From the NCBI GenBank assembly GCA_965220965.1, contig OZ244852.1:2432001-2496000 (forward strand): 64,000 bases of DNA. Reading direction: 5' to 3'. Below are positions 18,355 to 27,894 of the stretch, piece after piece. The position numbers and the translations under genes were made by a program. The notes under the pieces were generated by a model. It was given only the letters and a program-made list of their open reading frames with translations. It was not told the DNA's origin and did no database searches. The first letter of the stretch is position 1. Every line of letters begins with the position of its first letter. Origin of the DNA: Candidatus Marinacidobacterium sp. Lineage in GTDB: Bacteria; Acidobacteriota; Vicinamibacteria; Marinacidobacterales; Marinacidobacteraceae.

Positions 18355-19452
18355 CTACGGGACAATGACGGCCTTCGTCACCCGGAGCGCCGCCACATCG
18401 TCGAGCGCCTGATCGGCGGCCTCCAGCGGATAGCGCTTTCCGATCACCGGAGCGAACCGGATCCGGTCGCGATGGCGCACGAGGGTGTCGAGCGCCCGGG
18501 TCCAGTGGTGGAACTCGCTGCCCCACTGACCCCGGACCTCGGCGTGCTTGCGGTTGAGGTCGATGTGCGGGTTCACCGCGATCTCGCCGGCGTCGGTGTA
18601 GTGCCCCACGATCACGTAGCGACCTCCGTCGCGGAGCATCGCGAACCCCTCGGGGAGCGCGCGGGGGTTGCCGCTGGCTTCGATCACGATGTCCGCGCCT
18701 CGCCCCCCGGTGTGCGCCCGCGCCCGTTCGGCCCGCTCCTCCGGGCTCGACCCGTCGAGAGCGAGCGCTTCGTCGGCGCCCAGGTCGAGAGCGAGCGCCC
18801 GCCGCGCCGCGGGTTCGCCGACCGCGAGGATCGTTCCCGCGCCCGCCGCGCGGGCGAAGGCGATCGCCGCGAGCCCCACCGGGCCGACCCCCTGCACGAT
18901 GACGCTGTCGGCGAGCCGCAGCCCGGCGCGATCCACCGCCGAGAACCCGGTGAACAGTCCGCAGCCCCCGCCGATCAGGTCGTCGACCGAGAGCTCCTCC
19001 GGGACCCTGAGGGTCAGCACCGCGCGGAGAAGCAGGATGTGGTCGGACCAGCCGCCGAGCAGACCCTGCGCCGCCGGATAGGTGATCCCGTAGACCCGAC
19101 GCTCGGGGCAGCGGTTGGGCTGGCGCGCGACCAGGCACTGATAGCAGGCGTGGCAGGTCGCGTGGACGTCGAAGAAGGTGACGAGGTCGCCCTCCCGGAG
19201 CCGGTTGCCGACGCCGTCACGCTCCACTCCGTTCGCGGCGGCGATGCGGCCCACGCTCACGTGCCCGGGGATGATGGGGTAGGGCACACCGGCGAGCCGC
19301 CCCTCGCGAAGGTGCACATCGGTGCCGCAGACCTCGGATGCGACCGTCGTCAGCAGGACTTCCCCCGGCCCCGGGTCCGGCAGCGGGAACTCGCGGATCT
19401 CGACCGGCCGGCCAGGGGCCGGGAGCACGGCGGCCCGCGCCTTCCGGGTCAC
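18355..19452 (-). CDS. Zinc-binding alcohol dehydrogenase (MDR)
   Basis: VCGTD, GH, CHACYQC...C structural Zn site, GVGPVG. Confidence 0.9.
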   Translation of the reverse strand: MTRKARAAVLPAPGRPVEIREFPLPDPGPGEVLLTTVASEVCGTDVHLREGRLAGVPYPIIPGHVSVGRIAAANGVERDGVGNRLREGDLVTFFDVHATCHACYQCLVARQPNRCPERRVYGITYPAAQGLLGGWSDHILLLRAVLTLRVPEELSVDDLIGGGCGLFTGFSAVDRAGLRLADSVIVQGVGPVGLAAIAFARAAGAGTILAVGEPAARRALALDLGADEALALDGSSPEERAERARAHTGGRGADIVIEASGNPRALPEGFAMLRDGGRYVIVGHYTDAGEIAVNPHIDLNRKHAEVRGQWGSEFHHWTRALDTLVRHRDRIRFAPVIGKRYPLEAADQALDDVAALRVTKAVIVP

Positions 19453-19601
19453 GGCGTCCCCCTTCCGCTGGCGGAGGCGTGACTGGATCTCTGGAGGTCG
19501 TCGTCGTCGCAGCGCATCAGCGGCCCCCGCCCCTTTGGCATTCTCGGGCCGGAGCCTACTCCTCTGGCCGCGGGATTTCGGGTGGTAGCCTCGCGCGCCT
19601 G

Positions 19602-20498
19602 ATGGCGATCCGGCAGATCGGGTTCATCGGACTCGGCGTCATGGGCCGGCCCATGGCGAAGCGGCTCCTCGGCGCCGGGTTCGAGCTCAGCGTCCACAGC
19701 CGCTCGCCGGCGCCGGTGGACGAACTGGTCGCCGCCGGCGCCCGGCGCACGGGATCTCCGGCCGAGTGCGCCGAGGGACGGGACGCCGTGGTCCTCATGC
19801 TGCCGGATTCACCGGACTCCGAGCTCGTCGTGCTCGGGTCCGGCGGCGTTCTCGAGAGCAGGCGTCCGCCGCCGGTCGTTGCGGACATGTCCTCGATCCG
19901 CCCGGGGGTGTCGCGGCGGATCGCCGAAGAGTGCTCGGCTCGCGGTGTCGCCTTCGTGGACGCCCCGGTCAGCGGCGGGGAACCGGCGGCGGTCGCGGGA
20001 ACGCTCGCCATCATGGCGGGGGGCGACCGCGCGGCGTTCGAGGCGCTCGGTCCGGTGTTCGACGTCGTGGGGAAGAGCGCCGTGCTCTGCGGCCCGGTGG
20101 GCGCCGGGGGCGCGGTGAAGCTCGCGAACCAGATGATCGTGGCGTCGAACATTCAGGCGCTTGCGGAAGCCCTGGTGTTCGCTGTCCGGTCCGGCCTCGA
20201 CCCGGCGGTCGTCCTCGAGGCGATCCGCGGCGGGCTCGCCGGGAGCGCCGTGCTCGAGCAGAAGGGCCCGAAGATGATCGCCGGCGATTGGCGGCCCGGC
20301 TTTCGCCTCGAGCTCCACCTGAAGGACCTGAACAACGCGATGTCCGCCGCCAAGGACGCCGGAAGCCCGGTCCCGTTCACGACGATCGTCCGCCAGTTCG
20401 TCGAGACGCTCGTCTCGACCGGTCACGCCTCCGAGGACCACGCCGCCATCGCCCGCTACTGTGAGGACGCGGCCGGGACCAGGATCGCTCCGCGCTGA
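19602..20498 (+). CDS. 2-hydroxy-3-oxopropionate reductase / beta-hydroxyacid dehydrogenase
   Basis: GFIGLGVMG, DAPVSGG, VKLANQ, LKDL. Confidence 0.85.
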   Translation: MAIRQIGFIGLGVMGRPMAKRLLGAGFELSVHSRSPAPVDELVAAGARRTGSPAECAEGRDAVVLMLPDSPDSELVVLGSGGVLESRRPPPVVADMSSIRPGVSRRIAEECSARGVAFVDAPVSGGEPAAVAGTLAIMAGGDRAAFEALGPVFDVVGKSAVLCGPVGAGGAVKLANQMIVASNIQALAEALVFAVRSGLDPAVVLEAIRGGLAGSAVLEQKGPKMIAGDWRPGFRLELHLKDLNNAMSAAKDAGSPVPFTTIVRQFVETLVSTGHASEDHAAIARYCEDAAGTRIAPR

Positions 20499-20544
20499 GC
20501 CCCGTCCGCCCCTGGCGTTTGGCGGCATTTCTTCACTTCAGTCC

Positions 20545-20564
20545 AAATTTGCCGCGGCAAATTT
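20545..20564. promoter_or_regulatory. Perfect 20-bp palindrome, candidate operator
   Basis: AAATTTGCCGCGGCAAATTT upstream of a TAAATT -10 element and the AAA_14 gene. Confidence 0.5.
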
Positions 20565-20598
20565 CGCAGAGTGTGGAAATCTGCCGTAAATTGGCTGT

Positions 20599-21720
20599 GT
20601 GGAAGTCCATCCCCGCTATCTCGGGCCTCCCGTTCTCGACGATCTGCGCCGGAAGATGGTCTTCGTGGCCGGGCCTCGCCAGGTCGGCAAGACCACCTTC
20701 GCCAGGGCGCTACCCGGCGGAGAGGCGGCCTGCCTGAACTGGGACGCGCCGGACGATCGCCACCGCATCCTCGCCCGCGAGTTCCCGCCCGGGGATCTCT
20801 GGACATTCGACGAAATCCACAAATACCGCGCCTGGCGCGATCTTCTGAAGGGGCTCTGGGACGCCCGCCCCGATGGACAGAGGATCCTCGTCACCGGAAG
20901 TGGCCGCCTCGATCTCTACAGGTTCTCCGGGGACTCGCTCCAGGGCCGCTACCGCCTGTTCCGCATGCACCCTTTCTCGGTGGCGGAACTCGGAATGACC
21001 ACCGGCGCCGGGATTCTGGACCTTCTCCGACTTGGCGGTTTCCCGGAACCGTGGCTTTCCGGAAGCGAGCGGGAGGCGCGTCGCTGGTCCCGCCACCACC
21101 GCTCGCTGCTGGTGGACGAGGAAATGGCGAGTCTCGAGTCGATCCGGAACCTCGGCCAGGTGCAGCTCCTGCTCATGACCCTGCCAGAACGCGTTGGATC
21201 CCCACTCTCCATCCATGCGCTCGCTCAGCAACTCAGGGTCAGCCACCGGACCGCGGCTTCGTGGATCGATGCCGCCGAACGACTCTACGCCCTGTTCCGC
21301 ATTCCGGCGTTCGGCTCCGCGCCGATTCGGGCGGTGGCGCGCCAGCAGAAGCACTACCACTTCGATTGGACCGTCGTCCCGGACGCCGCACCGCGCTTCG
21401 AGAATCTCGTCGCATGCCATCTTCTCAAGTGGGTCCACTGGCGACAGGACAGCGAGGGCGAGAACCTCGAGCTGCGCCATTTTCGCGATCGGGACGGCCA
21501 TGAAGTGGACTTCGTGGTGACGGACGCCCGGCGTGAGCCGCTGCTGCTCGTCGAATGCAAGTGGTCCGACGGCCGCATCGGCGGGGGCCTCCGCTACCTG
21601 AGGCGGAAGTTCCCCGGCGCCGCCGCCTGGCAGGTCTCCGCCACCGGGACGAAGGACTACCAGAGCCCCGACGGGATCCGGGTCGCCCCCGCGATCCGCC
21701 TCCTCACGTCGCTCGTCTGA
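20599..21720 (+). CDS. AAA_14 ATPase with DUF4143 (PD-(D/E)xK-like) C-terminus
   Basis: GPRQVGKTT, FDEIHK, TGSG, LQGR, GGFPE, EVDF...ECK. Confidence 0.88.
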   Translation: MEVHPRYLGPPVLDDLRRKMVFVAGPRQVGKTTFARALPGGEAACLNWDAPDDRHRILAREFPPGDLWTFDEIHKYRAWRDLLKGLWDARPDGQRILVTGSGRLDLYRFSGDSLQGRYRLFRMHPFSVAELGMTTGAGILDLLRLGGFPEPWLSGSEREARRWSRHHRSLLVDEEMASLESIRNLGQVQLLLMTLPERVGSPLSIHALAQQLRVSHRTAASWIDAAERLYALFRIPAFGSAPIRAVARQQKHYHFDWTVVPDAAPRFENLVACHLLKWVHWRQDSEGENLELRHFRDRDGHEVDFVVTDARREPLLLVECKWSDGRIGGGLRYLRRKFPGAAAWQVSATGTKDYQSPDGIRVAPAIRLLTSLV

Positions 21721-21779
21721 AGCGCGTCGAGGCCGGCCGCGTCAGCGGCTTCACGGCCCCGGACGCCGCAGCCGGCCGC

Positions 21780-23114
21780 TCAGGCGAAGCGGAAGAGAGG
21801 CGGAAAGACCAGGACGACCACGGCCGCCCAGCCGGCGTAGACCGCGAGATACCGGGTCTGCCAGCGTTCGAGCGCGAGGAACGGGCCGCGGCCGGTGAGG
21901 AAACGCAGGAGAAACCAGCCCGATCCCGCCAGACTCACGAGCAGCACCAGATTCACGCCGAGCGCCGCCACCCGGTTTGGCGTCAGACCGAACTCCGAGA
22001 GCCGACCCGCCATGGCGGCGAGCGCGACGCCGTCCGCGATCAGCGCGCTTGTGACGAGAACCGCGAGGACTCTGTCGAAGACTCCCGGTGGCGCTTCCGG
22101 GTTCCGCGATGCGACCGCGTAGAGCGCCAGACCGGTGACGACCACGAGCAGCAGGTCGAACGCGATGAGGACTTCCCGCTCCACCGAGACCCCGCGGCCC
22201 GTCCACGCCATGGCGCCCAGAAAGGCCAGCAGAAACAGCGCGAACAGGGGTGCGAACACGCGGGCGAGCAGGGGCGCCAGGTTCGCCGCGGCGCGCCGGT
22301 GGGTTTCGGCGAGCCAGGCGGCGACCGGCGCGGCGCCCGCCGCGCCGCACGGCAGGAGCCAGTTCTGGACGAACCCCTCGGCATCCAGACCGATCGCCCG
22401 GAAGGTGGCGAGCGTCAACCCCGTCAGCACTCCGCCCCCCAGGGCGATCAGCACGTAGTAGACGAAGAACTCCCCCGAGAAGCGGACGAAGTCCATGCGC
22501 CGTGGGGTATCGCGCCACTTCAGGCCCGCATGGGCCACGCCGACGACGATCCAGAGCGCGATCGGGAGATGGAGCGCCGCCAGGATCGCCGTGGAGCCTT
22601 CGGGTCGGAACGGAAGGAGGCCCGCCAGCGCGAGCGCTCCGACGAAGGGGATCCCCAGCCACAGCCGTTCGCGTCCCGGGAGCCCACGCTTCCAGCCGAA
22701 GTAGCCGGCGAACAGGCCCAGGACCACGATCGGCAGGATGCGCAGATGGAGGCCCGGAGCCTCCGCGAGCGATCCGAGCCCGAAGAGCTCCGGGAGCTTG
22801 ACCGCGAGCGTGGCGGCGAAGCCGAGCGCCAGCGCTGCGAGCAATTCGCGGCGGGTGGCCGCTTCCCCGTCGGCTTCCTGCGCTTCCGCCTCGCCGAGCA
22901 GGTCGCGCGCCATCCGCCGGCTGCCTTCGTCGCGCCCCAGCCGCCGGAGCGCCACCAGGAAGGCTTCGTCGGGGTCGAGGCCCGCGCCCACCAGCGCCTC
23001 CGTCTCGCGCCGCAGGTCCGGCTCGATGTCCGCTTCCGCGTCGCTCCCGCCCGGGCGTCGCCGCCACCGCGCGATCCATTCCTCGACCGGATCGGGAACG
23101 GTCGCGTTCTTCAT
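21780..23114 (-). CDS. Permease-prefix-domain membrane protein (DUF4153-like)
   Basis: GLDPDEAFLVALRRLG N-terminal motif, many TM helices, FGLTPNRVAALG. Confidence 0.75.
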   Translation of the reverse strand: MKNATVPDPVEEWIARWRRRPGGSDAEADIEPDLRRETEALVGAGLDPDEAFLVALRRLGRDEGSRRMARDLLGEAEAQEADGEAATRRELLAALALGFAATLAVKLPELFGLGSLAEAPGLHLRILPIVVLGLFAGYFGWKRGLPGRERLWLGIPFVGALALAGLLPFRPEGSTAILAALHLPIALWIVVGVAHAGLKWRDTPRRMDFVRFSGEFFVYYVLIALGGGVLTGLTLATFRAIGLDAEGFVQNWLLPCGAAGAAPVAAWLAETHRRAAANLAPLLARVFAPLFALFLLAFLGAMAWTGRGVSVEREVLIAFDLLLVVVTGLALYAVASRNPEAPPGVFDRVLAVLVTSALIADGVALAAMAGRLSEFGLTPNRVAALGVNLVLLVSLAGSGWFLLRFLTGRGPFLALERWQTRYLAVYAGWAAVVVLVFPPLFRFA

Positions 23115-23272
23115 CCTGACAGGCGCCGCGGACCGCCGGGGCGGGCCTCGGGGCCCGCCTTCTGGTTCCTCGAGGGGCGCTCCGGCGCCGCTCCGGCTGA
23201 CGGCCGGAAAGGTACCAGCCGGCTGGTAGCATCGAACCGCACAGGGGTCGAGAGCGTCCCCGGGAGAGGCTC

Positions 23273-24487
23273 ATGGGACGCGGCAAGCGTGGCGCGGGCG
23301 GGTACCGCTCGTTCGGGTATCTGACGCCCGGGGACGACTACGCCCCCCGGGATCTGGTGTGGGACGAGAACCTGTTTCCCGCCCACCCGGTCCCCCTCTC
23401 GCCTGAGCAGGAGGCCCGCGCCGACCGGCTGGCCGAAGAACTCATCCTGATCTCGCTCCACGAGCACCTGGGGAGCTTTCCCGCCGACATCCACCAGACT
23501 CCCGACTACGTGCGGGAAGGGAGGGTCTTCACTCCCTTCGAGGCGCTTGCCCGCTCCGACTGGGACTGTGTCTTCGACAACCTGCTCGACGGCATCTGTC
23601 GCATCGAGTCCCGCAGCGGCTGGAAGTGGAACGAGGTGCTCCACGATCTGGGAATGCGGCTCGCCGACCTCGCGCACCAGGACTTCCTCGTCCCCTGCCG
23701 GACGGTCCAGGACATCCTGGACGCCCACGCGCGCGGGAACATGGCCTGGGTGGCGGCGATCGAGGGGGCGGCCCCGATCGAGAACGAGTTGGACCGCATC
23801 GAGGTCCTCTACGGGTTCGGTGTCCGGGAGATGGGCATCACCTACAGCGAGTCGAACGCGCTCGGGAGCGGCCTCAAGGAGCCGGACGACGGCGGCCTGA
23901 CCATGTTCGGCCGGCAGGCGGTCGAGCGGATGAACAAGGTCGGGATGCTGATCGACACCGCGCACTGCGGGGACCGTACGACGCTCGATGTCATCGAAGC
24001 GAGCTCGAAGCCGGTTTCGGTCACCCACATCGGGGCCCGCGCGCTGTGGAACACGCGCCGGATGGCGCCGGATGAGGTGTTCCGCGCCTGCGCCGACAAG
24101 GGAGGCATCATCGGAATCGAGGCCGCCCCCCACACGACGCTCACGCCGAACCATCCGCTCCACAACATCGACTCCTTCATGGAGCATTTCGAGTACGTGA
24201 AGGACCTGGTGGGCGTGGACCACGTCGGTTTCGGCCCCGACACCGTGTTCGGCGACCACTGCGGGCTCCATCAGGTCTACGCCGCGGCGCTCTCGATCCG
24301 CAAGGCCAGCAGCGTCTCCGGCGCGCCTCCGTTCGAGCGCGTCCCCTACGTCGCCGGGATCGAGAACCCGGTCGAGGGTTCCCGCAACATCCTGCGCTGG
24401 CTGGTCGGGCGGGACTACTCCGACGAGGACATCGCCAAGGTTATGGGCGGCAACGCGCTGCGGGTCCTCCGCGAGGTCTGGGCCTGA
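23273..24487 (+). CDS. Membrane dipeptidase (peptidase M19) family protein
   Basis: IEGA, GITYS, GLTMFG, MLIDTAH, DHVGFGPD, GGNALR. Confidence 0.88.
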   Translation: MGRGKRGAGGYRSFGYLTPGDDYAPRDLVWDENLFPAHPVPLSPEQEARADRLAEELILISLHEHLGSFPADIHQTPDYVREGRVFTPFEALARSDWDCVFDNLLDGICRIESRSGWKWNEVLHDLGMRLADLAHQDFLVPCRTVQDILDAHARGNMAWVAAIEGAAPIENELDRIEVLYGFGVREMGITYSESNALGSGLKEPDDGGLTMFGRQAVERMNKVGMLIDTAHCGDRTTLDVIEASSKPVSVTHIGARALWNTRRMAPDEVFRACADKGGIIGIEAAPHTTLTPNHPLHNIDSFMEHFEYVKDLVGVDHVGFGPDTVFGDHCGLHQVYAAALSIRKASSVSGAPPFERVPYVAGIENPVEGSRNILRWLVGRDYSDEDIAKVMGGNALRVLREVWA

Positions 24488-24507
24488 GTCGGCGACCGCG
24501 GCTTCCC

Positions 24508-24695
24508 TCAGAGGTCCTCGAGGAGGCGGCGGAAGCTGATGGCGCGGACCCGGTCGCCGAGTTCGAAGGTGTGCGGGCCGTCGTGAATCAGGTCGAGCTG
24601 GTCGAGGGCGAGGCTCTCCATGGCGCTGCGCATGGACCGGGTCAGCCTCGGCGCCGAAGTCCGCTCGATTTCGAAGCCGCGGAGGCCTCCTCCCT
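24508..24695 (-). pseudogene. C-terminal remnant of an AAA_14-DUF4143 ATPase (not in ORF track)
   Basis: Minus strand reads GFEIERTSAPRLTRSMRSAMESLALDQLDLIHDGPHTFELGDRVRAISFRRLLEDL*, aligning with AFEIKRSSAPRTTRSMHTAIRDLRLERLDVIHSGRETYPLRDRIRAVS of 29024..30178. Confidence 0.75.
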
Positions 24696-24762
24696 GCCGA
24701 ATAACAGGAAAATCGCAAATCGATTTCGTTTTTTCCTATTTCTGGGAACAACCATCAGTCTC

Positions 24763-25467
24763 CTGGCGAAGCCGGCCTGGTGGGGGCCGCGGGTCGATCG
24801 GGTCCACTCTCCGGGGAGCGCCCCCGATCCGCGGGGTCGTGGGCGGCGTGGCGCGGCGCGGAGAGCCATCGCCGCCGGTGTCGGGCTCGCCGGAATCGGA
24901 CTCGCGGCCTTGCCGGCGCCCTCCCCCGGGCAGTCGCAGGCCGCCGTGGAGATGACGGTTCGGATGCCGGATCCCGGCCGGGCGCTCGTCGAGGGGCGTT
25001 TCGCGCCGGGAGCTCCCTTTGACGACGCGGCGGCGTTCCGGCGACTGCGCCCGGATGCCGGGAGCCACTGGGCCGCCGATGCTCCGGTGCTGCGCCCGCT
25101 GGAGGACGGCGGCCTCGGCTTCCGGGAACTCGCCGTCGCCGATGCCGATGGATGGGTCCGGATCGGCGTCCCGCTGCCCGCTTCCCCGGGGCCACCGGGG
25201 GCTGACCTCTCGTTTCGGGCGCTCATCCATCCCCCTCCGGGGTATCGGCTGGTCGACCCGTTTCCGTCGCGGATCGAGGAGTTGGAGGGCGGGACGCTCC
25301 GGCTCGAGCTTCCGGCGCCGCCGTCGCTCGTGCGGTTCCGCGTTGTGGCTACGGACTCGCGGCGGCTCACCGCCGCCCAGTTCGCCGATCTCGCCGTGGG
25401 GCTCGCGCTGGCCGCGCTCGCTGGCTTCGGGTTCGTCCGGCTGCGCCGCCAGGCTCCGGAGGCCTGA
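24763..25467 (+). CDS. Hypothetical exported protein with C-terminal TM anchor (start uncertain)
   Basis: Signal-like AIAAGVGLAGIGLAALPA; C-terminal hydrophobic helix followed by RLRR; TGATG coupled to the next ORF. Confidence 0.5.
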   Translation: MAKPAWWGPRVDRVHSPGSAPDPRGRGRRGAARRAIAAGVGLAGIGLAALPAPSPGQSQAAVEMTVRMPDPGRALVEGRFAPGAPFDDAAAFRRLRPDAGSHWAADAPVLRPLEDGGLGFRELAVADADGWVRIGVPLPASPGPPGADLSFRALIHPPPGYRLVDPFPSRIEELEGGTLRLELPAPPSLVRFRVVATDSRRLTAAQFADLAVGLALAALAGFGFVRLRRQAPEA

Positions 25468-25586
25468 TGGGCCGCTTCTCGTTCTGGGGGCTGTTCGCGG
25501 CCTTCGGGGTGATCCTGCTCGCCTACTGGCTCTGGATGCGGCGGCTCGAGAGCCGTGAGACGCGAAACACGGAACGCGGCCGGTGA
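25467..25586 (+). CDS. 39-aa single-TM peptide, probable symporter accessory subunit
   Basis: MGRFSFWGLFAAFGVILLAYWLWMRRLESRETRNTERGR; TGATG overlap upstream and GTGA overlap with the SSS gene. Confidence 0.7.
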   Translation: MGRFSFWGLFAAFGVILLAYWLWMRRLESRETRNTERGR

Positions 25587-27028
25587 CGTTCGTCGTCTTT
25601 GGGGCGTACCTCGCCGCGATCTTCGCGATCGGGGCGGCGGCGCTGCGGCGGACCCGCACCGAAGGGGATTACTGGATCGCCGGGGGACGACTCGGCTGGT
25701 TGCTCGGCGGCGCGACGATGGCCGCGACCCACGCCAGCGCCGGGACCTACATCGGGACGGTCGGGGTGATCCACGCCGTGGGGTGGGAGTTCACCTGGAT
25801 CGTGCTGTTCATCCCCTTCAGCTACTGGTTCATGGCCGGCGTGCTCGCTCCCAGGTTCGCCCGGACCCGCGAACTGACGCTCCCCGCGTTTCTCGAGCGG
25901 CGCTATGACAGTCGGCGCGCCCGGGCCGCGGGGGCGGTCGTGATCCTGATCGCCGCCACCGTCTACATCCAGGCGCAGGTCATCGCCGGCGGGGTGATCG
26001 CCGAGACGGTGTTCGGCGTCCCGCCGGTCTGGGGGATGGCGGTGTTCACCGCGATCCTGCTCGCCTACACCGCGGTGGGCGGCATGGTGGCGGTCGTCTA
26101 CACCGACCTGGTCCAGCTCGTGGTCATGGTCGTCGGCGCGCTGGTCGCGGTCCCGATGGCCTTCCGCCTCCTCGACGGACCGGCGCCGCTCTTCGCTGCG
26201 GTCGAGGCCCTTCGCCCGGAGACGTTCGACTTCGGTTCGCTTCCGGCGATTCTCATGCTGACGATGGGGTTCTCCTTCCTGCTCGGCGGGATCGCCACCC
26301 CGGAGAAGCTGACCCGTCTCTACGCGATGCGCGACGACCGCACCATCCGGCGAGGCCTCCTGCTCGCCATCGCGCTCGCGACCGGCGTGAACCTGCTCGT
26401 CTTCCTGGTTGCCCTCGCCGCGATCGGGCTGTTCCCGCTCCTGCCTACCGGTGACCTCGCCATGCCCCTGATGGCTTCCTACGCCCTGCCGCCGGTGCTC
26501 GGGACGGTCCTCCTGGCCGCCATCGTTTCGGCGATCATGTCCACCGTGGATTCACTCCTCCTCGTCGCCGGGTCCGCGCTCTCCCACGACCTTCTCGGCG
26601 TCGTTCGCCCCGGCGCGGGCCCTCGCGCCCGGATGCGCGCGGCGCGCCTCGGCATCCTCGTCGTGGGGATCGCCCCCCTGATCCTCATCCTGAGCGGCGT
26701 CGGGGAAGGCGAACTGGTCCAGTTCATCGTGCTCCTGTTCACCGCGATCATGGCGAGCGCGTTCTTCGTCCCCGTCGTGCTCGGGGTCACCTGGCGGCGA
26801 CTCACCCGGCAGGGCGCGCTCGCCGGCATGGTCGGCGGCGTCGCTACGGTGTTCCTGTGGCAGGCCGAGGTGTTCCCGTGGCCGGGCTGGGGTCCGGACT
26901 TCATCCACCCGGCGGCGCCGGGGGTCCTCGTCTCGTTCCTGCTCGGCGTAGGGGTCAGCCTGCTGACGCCGCCTCCCTCCCCGGAGGCGCTTCGTCCCTA
27001 CTTCGGCGGCCGCGGAGGTGGCGCGTGA
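25583..27028 (+). CDS. Sodium:solute symporter family protein
   Basis: DYWIAGGRLG, GGMVAVVYTD, SAIMSTVDS; about 13 TM helices. Confidence 0.92.
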   Translation: MTFVVFGAYLAAIFAIGAAALRRTRTEGDYWIAGGRLGWLLGGATMAATHASAGTYIGTVGVIHAVGWEFTWIVLFIPFSYWFMAGVLAPRFARTRELTLPAFLERRYDSRRARAAGAVVILIAATVYIQAQVIAGGVIAETVFGVPPVWGMAVFTAILLAYTAVGGMVAVVYTDLVQLVVMVVGALVAVPMAFRLLDGPAPLFAAVEALRPETFDFGSLPAILMLTMGFSFLLGGIATPEKLTRLYAMRDDRTIRRGLLLAIALATGVNLLVFLVALAAIGLFPLLPTGDLAMPLMASYALPPVLGTVLLAAIVSAIMSTVDSLLLVAGSALSHDLLGVVRPGAGPRARMRAARLGILVVGIAPLILILSGVGEGELVQFIVLLFTAIMASAFFVPVVLGVTWRRLTRQGALAGMVGGVATVFLWQAEVFPWPGWGPDFIHPAAPGVLVSFLLGVGVSLLTPPPSPEALRPYFGGRGGGA

Positions 27029-27864
27029 GGCTCGAGGGACGCCGGATGCTCGTGACCGGCGGCGCCCGGGGGATGGGTCTCGAGGTCGCCCGACTCGCGG
27101 TGGAGCGCGGCGCCCACATCGCCCTCTGGGACATCGACCTGGCGGCGCTGGAAGCCGCACAACGGACGCTGCGGAAAGCGGTCGGCGGGGAGGCGCGCGA
27201 CATTGCCACCGATGCGGTGGATGTCGGAGACCGGGCCGCGGTTCAGGAAGCGGCGCGAACGCTCGAGAGCGGGTTCGGCCCGATCGACATCCTGGTGAAC
27301 AACGCCGGCGTCGTATCCGGAAAGCGGCTCCTCGAGCTCGCCCCGGAGCAGGTCGAACGGACCTTCCGGGTCAACGCGGCGGCGCTGTTCTGGACGACGC
27401 AGGCCTTCCTTCCCGGAATGACCGAGCGCGGTCGCGGCCATCTGGTGACGCTCGCCTCGGCCGCCGGCCTCATCGGCGGGCCCGGCATGGCGGACTACTC
27501 GGCGTCCAAGTTCGCCGCTGTCGGCTACCACGAGTCCCTGCGGGCGGAGCTTCGCCGCGAAGCCCCCGGGATCGGGACGACTCTCGTCTGCCCCTTCTTC
27601 GTGGACACCGGAATGTTCGCGGGAGTCCGCACCCGCTTTCCCTTCCTGCTTCCCATCCTCCGGCCGGAGAAAGTCGCCGCCAAGGTCATCCGCGCCATCG
27701 AGAAGAGGCGCCAGGTCGTCATCCTCCCCTGGTTCGTTCACTCGCTGAAGCTCATCCGGCTGCTCCCCTCCTCATGGCTCGACCCGATCTCCTCGTTCTT
27801 CGGCATCCACGCCGCGATGGACACCTTCGTCGGCCGAACCGGCTCTCGCGGGGATCGCGCCTGA
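27025..27864 (+). CDS. SDR family oxidoreductase
   Basis: TGGARGMG, NNAG, YSASK; GTGA overlap. Confidence 0.9.
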   Translation: MRLEGRRMLVTGGARGMGLEVARLAVERGAHIALWDIDLAALEAAQRTLRKAVGGEARDIATDAVDVGDRAAVQEAARTLESGFGPIDILVNNAGVVSGKRLLELAPEQVERTFRVNAAALFWTTQAFLPGMTERGRGHLVTLASAAGLIGGPGMADYSASKFAAVGYHESLRAELRREAPGIGTTLVCPFFVDTGMFAGVRTRFPFLLPILRPEKVAAKVIRAIEKRRQVVILPWFVHSLKLIRLLPSSWLDPISSFFGIHAAMDTFVGRTGSRGDRA

Positions 27865-27894
27865 ACCGGGGCGCGAGCGCCCGACAATAGGACC

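Noticed and set aside
8367-20518. Shared 12-mer CGCCCCTGGCGT beside two accessory cassettes
   Set aside because: Short and GC-rich, only two copies noticed, on inconsistent sides of the cassettes; chance cannot be excluded.
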